Assembly (NCBI RefSeq): GCF_006345805.1
Contig: NC_043012.1
Coordinates: 40,176,001 to 40,240,000, forward strand
DNA from: Octopus sinensis
Lineage: Eukaryota
Direction of reading: 5' to 3'
Length of the DNA stretch: 64,000 nucleotides
Position 1 is the stretch's first letter. The number at the start of each line of letters is the position of its first letter. A model generated the notes under the pieces. The model saw only the letters and a list, made by a program, of their open reading frames with translations, ran no database searches and had not been told where the DNA came from. The position numbers and the translations under genes are program-made. This document shows positions 47,380 to 59,859 of this stretch, in pieces.

Positions 47380-48380
47380 ACATTTCATTCAATATGTTCA
47401 CCTTTAGCCTTCCCACCTGCCCAAAGGTGACCAAGAACAGAACCACAAGAAATCCCTCACAACTTCTTCCCTTGCACAATACCATGATGCAACTGAGGCT
47501 TTCGTCAGAGTGGTGATATTTTTGTAGGAAACACTTGAAATGTCACTTTCTAGAATGAATGAAAGAGCAAAGTCCATAGAGTTGATGCCTGGGTTAGGAA
47601 GAAGGCCACACATTTTTGTCCCAGAACCTGCTGAAAGAGCTCCTGCACCTCTACTGTGTCACATTGGACATATAAGGAGTGCCATATTGCAAGAACACAC
47701 AATTATATCCAAGTGCTTCAGTCACCCATGGCAAAACATTATAATCCAACGTTTTCATGTGAATTGCCAAATTGATCTTCATCCCTTCTCTAATGGACAC
47801 CAAAGGGGATTTTCCACCATCGGACAACACTGTTGCCCAAACCATCATTCTAGAGGGTTTCATTTGGCAAAACACCTTACAGGTACCTTTGGGAACAGCA
47901 TCTGACCTCATGGCCAAAATCCTGTCTGCTACAGCCTCCACAGTGAATGTCACATCGTCACCTGTGCTCTGAATCCCCTCCACCATTTTATTTGCACCTG
48001 TCCAGTCACTTTGCTTTGGAAGTGGCTGAAATTAGGTGCCGATGTTGCAATTCAAGTCTTTATGTACAACCTGTTGCATGGCTGTGTGGGGAGATATTGA
48101 GCCTTTTAACCATTTGCCTCATGCTCTGCCATAGATTTTATGACCCTCTCTTTCAGAGAACATCCGCCAATTGTTTCGTCCTTATGGATCCTTTTCGACC
48201 AAAAATGGGATTGCTGTCAATTGAATCTATTTCACTGGAGTGCTTCAGGACATTATAGTCTATTTTGGAATCAACACCAACCCTTGAAGCCACGTCTTTG
48301 CTGCTACGTCCTGCTTTTTTACAGATCTACAAAATCTCACTTTGCCTGTTAGCAGCCATATTGAAACATTTTACTTGCCA
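47380..48380 (-). mobile_element. Tc1/maT-like transposase remnant
   Basis: KPSRMMVWATVLSDGGKSPLVSI.EGMKIN..VLPW..FLQYGTPY..WPSS / PGINSMDFA..ILE; TIRs not identified. Confidence 0.8.
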
Positions 48381-48483
48381 AATGCAAACAAAGGAGTGTA
48401 GATGAAGAATTGAATGTCAAGGAGTACATTTTAATTATTCTGGTGCAATTTCCAACTAAAATTAATACAATAAACTTATTTAA

Positions 48484-48542
48484 CCCTTTCATTACTGTAT
48501 TTATTTTGAGATGCTCTCTGTTTCTTTCAATAAATTTTAAAT
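48484..48542. mobile_element. piggyBac-type MITE left piece (continues at 51140-51194)
   Basis: TTAA|CCCTTTCATTACTGTAT.. matches the 34470 copy; the next part resumes at 51140 after the RTE insertion. Confidence 0.85.
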
Positions 48543-51139
48543 CATCATCATCATCATCATTTAACGTCTGCTTTCCATGCTAGCATGGGTTGGACGGTTC
48601 AACTGGGGTCTGGGGAGCCCGAAAGCTGCACCAGTCCAGTCAGATCTGGCAGTGTTTCTACAGCTGGATGCCCTTCCTAACGCCAACCACTCCGAGAGTG
48701 TAGTGGGTGATTTTATGTGCCACCGACACAGGTGCCAGACGAGGCTGACAAACGGCCACGCTCGGATGGTGTTTTTATGTGCCACCGACACAGGTGCCAG
48801 ACGAGGCTGGCAGACGGCCACGCTCGGATGGTGTTTTTATGTGCCACCGACACAGGTGCCAGACGAGGCTGGCAGACGGCCACGCTCGGATGGTGTTTTT
48901 ATGTGCCACCGCACAGGTGCCAGACGAGGCTGGCAGACGGCCACGCTCGGATGGTGTTTTGGTGTTTTTATGTGCCACCGACACAGGTGCCAGATGAGGG
49001 TGGCAAACGGCCACGATCGGATGGTGCTTGTTACGTGCCCACAGCACGGAGGCCAGTCGATGCGGTACTGGCTACGGCCACGTTCGGATGGTTTTCTTAT
49101 GTGCCACGTGCCACCGGCACTGGTACCACAAAGATACAAATTCCATTGATGTTCATCTATTTTGATTTGTTTTGATTTGATTTGATTTTCACTTGCCTCA
49201 ACAGGTCTTCACAAGTGTCACAAGAAGGAAGGTATGCACAGGTGGACTGACTACGTCCCAGGTAGGGGCCATGGGTTATGGCCTGACTAGTCTTGCCGGG
49301 TCTTCGGATGGTGTTTTTATGTGCCACCGACACAGGTGCTAGATGAGGCTGGCGAACGGCCACGATCGGATGGTGTTTGTCATGTGCCCACCGCACTGAC
49401 TACGGCACTGATGGATTCTTGTGTGCCACAGGCACTGGTACCACAAGATACAAATTCCATTGATGTTCATCTATTTTGTCTATTTTGATTTGATTTGATT
49501 TGATTTTCACTTGCCTCAACCGGTCTTCACAAGTGTCACAAGAAGGAAGGAAGGTATGCACAGGTGGACTGACTAGTCTTGCCGGGTCTTCGGAAGGTGT
49601 TTTTATGTGCCACCGACACAGGTGCCAGATGAGGCTGGCGAACGGCCATGATCGGATGGTGTTTGTTACGTGCCCACAGCACGGAGGCCGGTCGATGCGG
49701 AACTGGCTACGGCCACGTTCGGATGGTTCTCATGTGTGCCACCGGCACTGGTACCACAAAGTGTGTGCCACCGGCACTGGTACCACAAAGATACAGATTC
49801 CATTGATGTTCATCTATTTTGATTTGTTTTGATTGATTTTCACTTGCCTCAACAGGTCTTCACAAGTGTCACAAGAAGGAAGGTATGCACAGGTGGACTG
49901 ACTACGTCCCAGGTAGGGGCCATGGGTTATGGCCTGACTAGTCTTGCCGGGTCTTCGGATGGTGTTTTTATGTGCCACCGACACAGGTGCTAGATGAGGC
50001 TGGCGAACGGCCACGATCGGATGGCCAGTGATGCGGTACTGACTACGGCCACGTTCGGATGGATTCTTGTGTGCCACCGGCACTGGTACCACAAGCGGTA
50101 CTGACTACGGCCACGTTCGGATGGATTCTTGTGTGCCACCGGCACTGGTACCACAAGCGGTACTGACTACGGCCACGTTCGGATGGATTCTTGTGTGCCA
50201 CTGGCACTGGTACCACAAGGATACAAATTCCATTGATGTTCATCTATTTTGATTTGTTTTGATTTGATTTGACTTTCACTTGCCTCAGCAGGTCTTCACA
50301 AGTCGGAAGGTATGTACAGGTGGACTGACTACGTCCCAGGTAGGGCCCACGGGTTATGACCTGACTAGTCTTGCCGGTCTTCGGATGGTGTTTTTATGTG
50401 CCACCATGTTCCCACAGCACGGAGGCCAGTCGATGCGGTACTGGCTACGGCCACGTTCGGATGGCTTTCTTGTGTGCCACAGGCACTGGTACCACAAAGA
50501 TACAAATTCCATTGATGTTCATCTATTTTGATTGATTTTCACTTGCCTCAGCAGGTCTTCACAAGTGTCACAAGAAGGAAGGTATGCACAGACGTCCCAG
50601 GTAGGGGCCCGGGATATGGCCTGACTAGTCCTGCCGGGTCCTCTCATGCCAGCACACTTCCATAGGACTCGGTCTTCAGTCATTTCCTTGGTGAGACCTA
50701 AAGTTCGAAGGTCGTGCTTCACCACCTCGTCCCAGGTTTTCCTGGGTCTACCTCTTCCACAGGTTCCCTCAACTGCTAGGTTGTAGCACTTTTGCACACA
50801 ACTATCTTCAGCCATTCTCGTCACATGACCATACCAGCGCAGCCGTCTCTCTTGCACACCACAACTGACACTTCTTAGGTTCAACTTTTCTCTCAAGTAC
50901 TTACACTCTGACGATTATGAACACTGACATTACACATCCATCGGAGCATACTGGCTTCATTTCTTGCAAGCTTACGCATATCCTCAGCTGTCACGGCCCA
51001 TGTTTCACTACCATGTAGCATGGCTGTACGTACACACGCATCATATAGTCTGCCTTTTACTCTTAGCGAGAGACCTTTTGTCACCAGCAGCGGAAGCTAT
51101 CAACTACTTCTAGTTTGTCTCCCTGGAACGTGGTAGAAG
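48543..51139 (-). mobile_element. 5'-truncated RTE-clade LINE (about 2.6 kb) with 7-bp TSD
   Basis: KGLSLRVKGRLYDACVRTAMLHGSETW..RRLRWYGHVTRM..GRGRPRKTW, with frameshifts; (GAT)n tail; TTTAAAT duplicated at 48536-48542 and 51140-51146. Confidence 0.92.
48711..50625 (-). repeat. Nested tandem array in the RTE 3' UTR: 62-bp monomers within five 280-430 bp higher-order units
   Basis: 62-bp period at 48711/48773/48835/48897 and at 50033/50095/50157; marker CATTGATGTTCATCTATT at 49144, 49458, 49801, 50231, 50510. Confidence 0.95.
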
Positions 51140-51194
51140 TTTAAATATAACAAAGAATTTAGTAAAATAACTTAGTTATCATTAAGCTAGTGTT

Positions 51195-51680
51195 CATCAT
51201 CATCATCATCATTGTTTAAAATCCACTTCCCATGCTGGCATGGGTTGGACGGTTTGACTGAGGACTGGTGAGACAGAGGCTGTACCAGGCTCAATCTGAT
51301 CTGGCAAAGTTTCTACAGGTGGATGCCCTTCCTAACGCCAACCACTATGAGAGTGTAGTGGGTGCTTTTTTTTACATGCCACCGGCAAGAGGGCCAGTCA
51401 GGCGGTTCCGGCAATGACCACACTTAAAAGGTGTTTTTTACGTGCTACCTGCACGGGAGCCAATCCAGTGGCACTGGCAACGACCACGCTCAAATGTTTT
51501 CTACATGCCACTGGCACATGTGCCAGTAAGGAGACACTGGCAACAATCACGCTTGAATGGTGCTTTTCACATGCCACCAGCACAGGAGCCACTCCGTGGC
51601 CCTGGTAACGATCATGCTTGGATGTGCTTTTAACGTTCCAATGCCACGAGTGCCAATTAGGCGGTACTGTCATTGGCCAC
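51195..51680 (-). mobile_element. RTE 3' UTR fragment with about five diverged monomers
   Basis: (CAT)n terminus directly after the MITE piece; repeated TTTT(T)ACATGCCAC units. Confidence 0.85.
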
Positions 51681-51775
51681 ATCAGCAAAACAGACGCTAG
51701 ACAAATAAACAATTGTATAAAGAGCAAATAAAGAAATAAAGTAAAAATACATATATAAATAAATATGCACTTACC

Positions 51776-51960
51776 TTAAGTGTGGCAGGTGTTTCAGTAT
51801 GCATGGAGGAAGCAGACGAGGGAGAAGGAGGGTCATTCTTCCTGACCATCTTTTGTCAGGTTTTTGTTTGTTTTTGGAGGTCCTGAAGATTCTACTGCAG
51901 TTGAAGATTGCTCCATCCTCTTTGTAAAAAAAGGCATCCAGGGTTGATTGCTTTAACTTG
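51776..51960 (-). mobile_element. Probable Tigger/pogo transposase C-terminal remnant
   Basis: KQSTLDAFF..SSGPPK resembles the pogo-type KQT.LD.FF..PS.SG end; same strand as the DDE fragment at 53650-53900. Confidence 0.45.
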
Positions 51961-51973
51961 GATTTCCATACAT

Positions 51974-52565
51974 TACAAAAGGGATCCTGAAAAGTTCCTG
52001 GTTTTAAAGGGTGTCATGAAAGGCCTGGTTGGAGACTCAACATTCTGAGTTCTTTTTACAGGACTTAGAAAAACTGAAGGACCGCTGCAATAAGTGTGTG
52101 AATCTGAGAGAATCATCATCATCATCATCGTTTAACGTCCATTTTCCATGCTAGCATGGGTTGGATGGTTCAACCAGGGTCTGGTAAGCCATGGAGGCTG
52201 CACCAGGCTCCAGTCTGATCTGGCAGGGTTTCTACAGCTGGATGCCCTTCCTAACGCCAACCATTCCGTGAGTTTGGTAGTGTTTTTTTAAAGTGCCACC
52301 AGCATGGACGCCAGTAAAGGCGGCGCTGGCATCGGCCACATTCGGATGGTGCTTTTTACTTGCCACCAGCATGGGTATCACAGCTACAATTTCCATTTGA
52401 TTTTATTCTGATGTACTTGACTCAGTAGATCTCCTCAAGCACAACAGGTCACCCTACGATCCAAGGTAAGCACAGCAGGCCAAATATGTTGGATAAAATC
52501 ATAATTAACTGATTCTCCTGTATTCTCTTTTCCCCCAAGCTAGGAACTTTCCAGCACACCCTCAA
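51974..52565 (+). mobile_element. mariner-derived MITE interrupted by an RTE 3' end (52113-52480, -)
   Basis: TIR-like GATCCTGAAAAGTTCCTGG / CTAGGAACTTTCCAGCACACCC; mariner 3' coding remnant AAACTGAAGGACCGCTGCAATAAGTGTGTG..AATATGTTG is split by the insert. Confidence 0.7.
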
Positions 52566-52705
52566 ACAAAAGTAGGGCATTGTTTTGTCGTTGAAGTATT
52601 TCAGGCCCAGCTCCTTGGCCGATATGTCAGGGTGACATTCCTTGACCAATTTAGAGATTTTATTCCAACATTTTATGGAAATGTACTAAGTCTCAATTTA
52701 ATACA

Positions 52706-52995
52706 TTGCCATTTTATGGGAATGCACCAACTCTCTCACCAACCATCCAAGAGCAGAGATTGAGGTTTGCTGGCCACTGGTGGAGAAGTAAAGAAGAACT
52801 TGTGAGTAATGTGTTGCTGTGGACACCAAATCATGGAACCACAGCGGCTGGAAGACCACGGAAGACGTATATACAACAGCTTGCAGAAGATGTTGGATGC
52901 CAAGTTGAAGACCTAAAAACACTAATGGAAGATTTGGAGGGATGGAGAGAGGTAGTGGGGCTGGCCCTAGCAATCAGCGTGACTGGATGATGTCT
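52706..52995 (+). mobile_element. RTE-group (RTE-X-like) LINE C-terminal fragment
   Basis: FYGNAPTLSPTIQEQRLRFAGHWWRSKEELVSNVLLWTPNHG..GRPRKTYIQQL..MEDLEGWREVV. Confidence 0.75.
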
Positions 52996-53058
52996 CGATT
53001 TAAAAAAAACAAAAAAAACAATAGTTTCAAGTTTTGACATAAGGCTAGCAATTTCAGG

Positions 53059-53453
53059 AAAGCTATTCCCAATGTAAAGTCCTCTTCTGCCATGGTAAAC
53101 AAACCTTCTCCTCTTTCAATCCAAATTTTCCAATCTATTTCTCTCCCCGCCACCCTTTTCCAACCTATGCATTGACATTTCCCACCACTATGGCGCAAGT
53201 AGATTTGTGAGTTAGCACTTCTTCTAGCTTTTGGCAGAATTCTAACTACTTTCTTGTTTTTGTCAGTATTTGTAGGGGCAGGAAATTGGAAGATCTCCAG
53301 AGTGACATTTCTTGGGAGACAAACGCTTAGCACTCCTGCAGGAAACGATTTTTGAAGCCTTTACTATGCTTACGACAAACCCTAAACAACCAGTTGTTCT
53401 TGCACCTTCTACTTTTCCCATCTCATGACACTTTGGCAGGGGGCGCTGTAAAG
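53059..53453 (+). repeat. Near-identical duplicated segment, copy 2, inside a family A SINE
   Basis: SINE pieces flank it: AAGGCTAGCAATTTCAGG on the left and GATTATGTCAACCCCAGT..GATTTGAACTCAGAA on the right. Confidence 0.9.
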
Positions 53454-53649
53454 GCGATTATGTCAACCCCAGTATGTAACTGGTACTACTTTTATCGAAC
53501 CTGAGTAGATGCAAAGATGACCTTGGTGGGATTTGAACTCAGAATGTAAAGACAGACCAAATACCACGAAGCATTCTGCTAGTTTGCTCCTTTAACTACA
53601 GCAGTAATATTAATCTGAATTTTCTAAAATTCCTTCAGTGTCAAATCAC

Positions 53650-53900
53650 AGGAAGGGAGTGGAATCGGACCACTTTCTAAAGAGAGTCTTTGTACAGAGT
53701 TTTTTTAAAAATTAGAACTGATCAGCTGCTCCATGGACCAGAGAAGGGAACTTCCATTGGGAGACAGGAAATGCACTTTTACAAAGTTAAACTGTTCCAG
53801 CAATCAAATGAGCTGGGGCATCATCAGTGACCAAAAGGATTTCAAGGGGAAGATTCTTGTCCCTGAAATACTCACAGTAGAGTAAAACACCTCTGACAAC
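53650..53900 (-). mobile_element. Tigger/pogo DDE transposase fragment
   Basis: KNLPLEILLVTDDAPAH / FNFVKVHFLSPNGSSLLWSMEQ..SNF resembles LL.LDNAP.H..FLPPNTT.LLQPMDQ. Confidence 0.8.
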
Positions 53901-54917
53901 CATTCAGGGAAAAGATCCCTGGCCACCCACGTATACGGTGCTGGAGAAAAACCCACCCATCTTGGTGAAACTGGGAATCTTACACTGTGTGTATAAGCCT
54001 ATACACATACACACACAACTGGGCTTCTCTCCCAATTTCCTCCATAAACCTATCCCACCACTCATCATTCGTCACTGGTCCCCTCATCACACTCCTAACT
54101 GCAGTACTCTGCTGCTGCTGTTGTAATTGAGAGTAGAATTCCGTATTTCTTCCAGTTACCTTTCTCACCTGCAACCAGTTTAATTGACATCCCTCCATAC
54201 TTAAGACTGTCCCTCTCCATTCACATTTCACAGTACTACCAAATAATCTTCCCTTCCCTTCCCTACTCTCTTGAAATCTACTCACGCAAGCGTCATCTCC
54301 CCCCCTCTCTTTTGTATTAATAACACTTTGTTGTGCTTTGATTCTTTCTGTGCTGTCAGTCATCGCCTACTCTCCCTCCAACTACAGATATACACACGGC
54401 AAGGCTCTTTCAGTTTCCGTCTACCAAATCCACTCACAAGGCCCGAGACTATAGTAGAAGACACGTTTTCGCAAGGTGCCACACAGTGGGACTGAACCCG
54501 GAACCATGTAGTTGGGAAGCAAGCTTCTTACCATACAGCAACGCTTACATGTATGCTCCGGCATGGCCGCAGTCAAATGACTAAAACAAGTGAAAGAACG
54601 TGTCTTAATCTTATCTTCGCGTAGATGCTTAAATTAGAAATAGTTTCAGAGTTACGTCCCTTTGAAAAACATGCTAACTTACTTCCCTTGCAACACTTAC
54701 ATTACACACTTCTTGCACAGAGTTAAGCCCCTTTTCCGTACATCTTTCGACTATGAATTGTCGCCGTTGTTTAACCCTAGTTCTCCCTCCATTGACCAGG
54801 CATTTGATCAAAAGCGTTACAGCCATGAGCCGCCCTGCCATTTTGTCTTTTTCTGCAGGTATCGAGTATTCGTCTTCGTCATTTAGCGTCTGCTTTCCAT
54901 GCTAGCATGGGTTGGAG

Positions 54918-57749
54918 CAGTGTCTGCCAAACTTTTTTCACCTTACGACACACTGGGGGAGGAAAGTTTATTTTGCGGCACACCAAATAAAAATTCCAAC
55001 AAAATTGAATATACTTCATTAGTATGAATAAAAATAAATACTTGTTATAGTAACAATAAAATAACATTGTTTTATCAACGTATACTACAATAATAATGTT
55101 TTTAGTGAGAAGGAGGCAATTGATTTTGAGAAAGAATTTTGTCAAAACACAACTTTAAATTAGATTTAAAAAATATGTAATTCCTTATCAACCGTCTGTA
55201 ATCGTTCCGGTTTTTTTTTGGTTTTTTTTTACTTCCTTTCCATAAGCACAAAGATACCTAATTCGCAGAGATACGATGCTCCAAAGGGCAACAGAGATTT
55301 AACGGCTGTCGTAGCTAATCGATGATATTTGGCTCCAAAGCGAAACCCAAAATTCTGACCATTCTAGCACAGAAAACGAGGCTTTGTGCACAAGATCGTT
55401 TTTCAAGTCTATTAAATGTTCTTCTTCTGTTAATGTTAATGGCAGGTGTGTACTGTTGTACCTTCAGAAAAAGGATTGATCACCCACTTGTATAATTGGA
55501 TAATCAAGTGATGGAAAATACTTAGAAAATGATCCAGAATGGTCTTCTACTGTCTTCCACACTTCTGACATAATTTTAAATTTGTTTGGAAAAGCCTCTG
55601 GGCTTCAGAAGCAATCAAGCTGCGAGTTTTTAACTTTGCTTATGCACAGTTCTAACTTGTTGGTGAAAGACTAATTTGACAGTAATTGTAATAATATTTT
55701 TGTTCGCTCCTTGCAGCCTCAAATTCAAAACATTCAACTTTTCAAAAGGATTGTTCCAGCCACCAATTATCATCGTTAAGAAATTCGAATCCAGGATTTG
55801 CAGCATCGAAGAAACATATTACAGTTCGCAAAGAGATAAATCATGAGAGCACTTTTCCTTTTGAGAGCCATCACCCTTCTGTATGAAGCAGTAAATGCTT
55901 AAAATCATAATCCATGTTTTCACATAAGGATGTAAAAAGTCTGCACCGTAGGGTTGTGACTGATGTCTGTACTTTCATCGAAGGCCCACAAGTTTTCGAG
56001 TTCATTCTTCGTTTCAGTGAAATGTTTATGGAGATGATCATCAATGTCTCACGAAATGTCTTGAATTTTACGAGGGGCTGACAAAGGAAGGTCTTAATTT
56101 GTTTGACAGCTTCATCACTAATCTTTGTGCCAACGGCAATCTCCAAGGATAGTAAAATAATGTTTTCGGTATCAAAAAATGTTTTTTTCCCTTCTTTGCC
56201 AAAAGCTGGGCAATCTTGCTACCAGCAGTTTGAGCTTTCTCAGGAATTGAGTGAAATTTCTTCAGCCTCTTTTGATTGAATTTTGAAATTATTTTTTGCT
56301 ATTTCAAAGAATTCTTTTGGTTCGTCTTTATGATTTATTATTGACATTTCCTGGGAACTGTCGCTTCATTTGAGAGTGTTGTTACAAAAAGGAACTGAGT
56401 TGGGTTTTTTTCCAATAATATAAAACCATATCGGATGTAATTTTCATTATATTATAGTGAGCAGCAAGCAAGTCATAAAAGGTGGTAATATGACGTAATG
56501 GCCATGTTGCCCGAACAAGTATAATTGTTGGTTTCCCATTGGTTAAAATTACTGCCCATATTTGAATTCTAAACTTTCGTCAAAGAGAATTCTTTCACGA
56601 AATACGGTTCTTAGAATTCAGGTATGAGCAGTTATAAAAACCCTGATTTTGGGCAAATTAATCAGTGATCGTTGGTTGTCAATAGACTCCACAACACTCA
56701 CTCCTATGAGATATTGGCTATTTTTATGCCATGTCTTTTAAATCCAACAAGACTTATTTGAATTGTTGTGTAAACTCTGACAGTTTAGTATGAAAGAATT
56801 AACTAGTATAAGTTTGTCGTAACTCTCTACGACAAATTGCTTTACTTCCAAATGTACTGTAAATATTAAAGGTACATAAATTAACCAATGTAGTAAACAT
56901 TTTCTTTTTCCTCACTTTTTTCCAACCTGTTAATGAAATTTATTTCTGCAATTATGAAACTGTTTTTATAGCAGTGAAAAAGAATGTAAACTTATCTTCA
57001 ACATACATGCACATTCAACACGTCCATTAAGTGTCTTGATATATATATATTTCAGTACGGCGTTTATGCAGCTTGTGTTGAGATTTATGTATAGTGATAA
57101 TACTTATGATTAAGTTATAAGTGATGGGTTTATCAATATAGATTCCTACTCAAGAAATAAAATGTATTTATTATCTATCCCAGTAGAAACCGTATAAATA
57201 AGATAATACACCACATCATAAAAGTGGTACCAACAATCTCACCATTATGATATTTTCCTTTTGATCAAGTGGAATTTTTATTCTGGCGTTCATTTTGTTT
57301 GCCCTGACTTTCTCATTTTTTGAGCTCAATAAAAATTTGTCCATGTTTAAATCTAAAACTAAAAATCGATTAAAATTAACAAAATAATTTATGTAAATTA
57401 TAAATAAATCAAAATTTAAAAACTACCAGGACTACTAAACGATTTAGACAATCCTGGTTTAAATGCAGAAACGTAATATATTTTAGCAAACCTGCTGTTT
57501 GTCATTGTCATCGCCGTTTAACGTCCACTTTCCATGCTGGCATGGGTTGGACGATTTGACTGAGGTCTGGCGAACCAGATGGCAGCACCAAACACCTCCG
57601 AACGTAATTCATATTTACTCTATTTTACGATTTATATGATTGATTTATATTCATGATCAAACTTTGCAAATGTTCTAGGATTGTTGTTTCCTGAAAATAT
57701 TTTTCATGGCATTCCAGGAATCTCTCGCGGAACAGTTTGGCAGACACTG
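54918..57749 (-). mobile_element. hAT Buster/Charlie-type transposon (2832 bp), internally deleted and degraded
   Basis: Perfect 16-bp TIR CAGTGTCTGCCAAACT; 8-bp flanks GGTTGGAG / GGTTAAAG (6/8 match); NYIRYGF..TLSNEA, KIAQLLAK, RLFTSLCENMD..LLLHTEG*WLSKGKVL. Confidence 0.9.
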
Positions 57750-57962
57750 GGTTAAAGGGTTATTCTGAAACTGGTAAGCTGGAGAACTGCACCAGGTTCC
57801 AATCTGATAACGAGGGACCACATTCTCTTGGAGACAGTGCAATTTGAGGAATATATAGCTGCTATTTCTAGGAAGTTAAATGACACTGAAATAGTTTTTA
57901 CATTTTGGCTTGTAACTATAAATCATCTCTTTTATCTTGTTTTAGCTTTTTACTCATTTCAA

Positions 57963-59630
57963 CATTCCTCTCTGATATACAAAGCCTGAAATTTTGGGGG
58001 CAGATGGTTGCTGACTACATCAACCCCACTGCTCAACTGTACTCATTTTATCAACTCATAAAAGGATGAAAGGTCGTCGGCCTCAGCAGAATTTGAACTC
58101 AGAACATAAAGAGAGACGAAATGCTGCTAAGCACCCCCCCCCCCAGTCTGCAACCGATTTTGCCATCTCACTGCTGTATGCTGCAATATTATGTAAGAAC
58201 TGTTTTATGTTGGTCAACAGCTCCCTGATCAAAACTGTTCCAACCATGGACATCCCATCTATTTAGGAGAATCTATAATTATATCGTCCAATGTGTATTT
58301 CGTTTTCTTTCCTTCTCAAAGACAGTCAGGGGAGTTTTTCATGAAGGGCCGTAAGACATGCTGTCATGAGAAATGTCAAGAAGTTGGTTCCTTTACACTC
58401 TTTAAACGGAACTTGGTTAAGAATGGCTTCAGAATTTGACCGTAAATATGACAAGAATATCTAAAGTCTCTTAATGGACCTTTCTTCAATATAAGGACCA
58501 TTCTCACCACAAAATAGATATTTCCTCAAATTAACATGAATTCACTCTCCTGACAGCAGTGGTTACTTCCCTTGCAAAAATTCCAACGTTTGGCACAAGG
58601 CCAGCAATTTCGGTGTTGGGGTTGGGGTTAAGTCATTTATATCGACCCCAGTATTCAACTGGTATCGATTTTATCGAGGATGAAAGGAAAAGTCTTTTAA
58701 CTAAGAACGTAAAAAGGGACGAAATTCCGCTAACAATTCTGCCAGCTTGCCGCCTGACTTCCCTTGCTAAAAGTAGTAGTGAAAGTTTAAAGTTGCTTCC
58801 CAGTTTTGGAGATACTCTTCCTTCTGTTTCCATAATAAACTGGCTGATTCTCTGTTTTTGATCATCATCATTCTGTTTGGTGAATTAATAAAGATATACA
58901 TTTTGATGAAGTCCCTGCCAAAACAAAAAGTGGTAGTCATGGTTGGAGAGTCTTTGATGTTAGATTTACTTCATCAAAGCTGACCAGGGTCTACGTTACA
59001 ATGCCTCCAACACTTAGATTTTCTCCTTGGGTATTCTTCAAAGACCCAATAAGACTATTTCTTTCTACTATTGGCACAAGGCCTGAAATTTTTGTGAAAA
59101 GGGGGTCAGTCAGTTACATGAATCCCAAAGTTCAATTTGTTCATATTTTATCGACCCTGAAAGGATGAAAAGCAAAGTCGACCTTGACAGAATTTGAACT
59201 CAGGACCTGATGAACAGGAAGAAATACTGCTGAGCCTTTTGTCTGACATGCTAACAATTCTGCCAGTTAATAGACCCAGTATAATCCTCTCTATCATAGG
59301 CACAAGGTCTGAGATTTGAGGGAAAGGGGAGTTGATTATATCGACTCCAGTGCTCAACTGGTACTTATTTTGTCAACCCAAAAGGGTGGCAGAATTTGAA
59401 TTCAAAATGTAAAACCAGAAGAAATACCGCTAAGCATTGTGTCTAATATGCAAACGAATCTGCCAACATGCAGACCAATATCAGTTTTTCTACTGGAAGC
59501 ACAAGGCTTCAAATTTGGCAGCAGGGATTAAGATGATTCCATCAACCCCAGTGCGTAACTGGTACTTATTTAAGTGACTCTAAAAAGATGAAAGGCAAAG
59601 TCAACTTTGGCAGAATTTGAACTTAGAACA
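57963..59630 (-). mobile_element. Cluster of five same-strand family A SINEs
   Basis: Copies at about 57963-58176, 58582-58754, 59056-59268, 59281-59468 and 59485-59630. Confidence 0.8.
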
Positions 59631-59859
59631 TGGTGGCAGACCCAATATAATGCCAAGGCAATGTAATCCTCACTGACAGGTCCTACTGATTACTGGCCGG
59701 GACTCCGAGAATCAAATACAAAAACCATTTTGGTATTCATAAAGTCTTGTTAAAACCTACAATCTCAGATCAACAACACTATTCATCGTTATGTGCAACA
59801 GAAGCAGTGTTAGTTTATAGTAGCAATCTGTGTATCTTACTTGAAGCAGAGACATCAGC

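Noticed and set aside
48711-50220. Regularly spaced repeats suggesting a CRISPR array, and the repetitive ORFs at 48577-49149 and 48717-49175
   Set aside because: The units are contiguous 62-bp tandem copies without unique spacers, there are no cas genes, and they lie inside an RTE 3' UTR; the ORFs are by-products of stop-free repeats.
51770-51800. Strong - strand splice donor AAG|GTAAGT suggesting a host exon
   Set aside because: The upstream frame has a stop and resembles a pogo/Tigger C-terminus, so it is treated as transposon-derived.
53980-54363. 127-aa - strand ORF, considered as a LINE ORF1 esterase remnant
   Set aside because: The similarity is too faint to support without a profile search.
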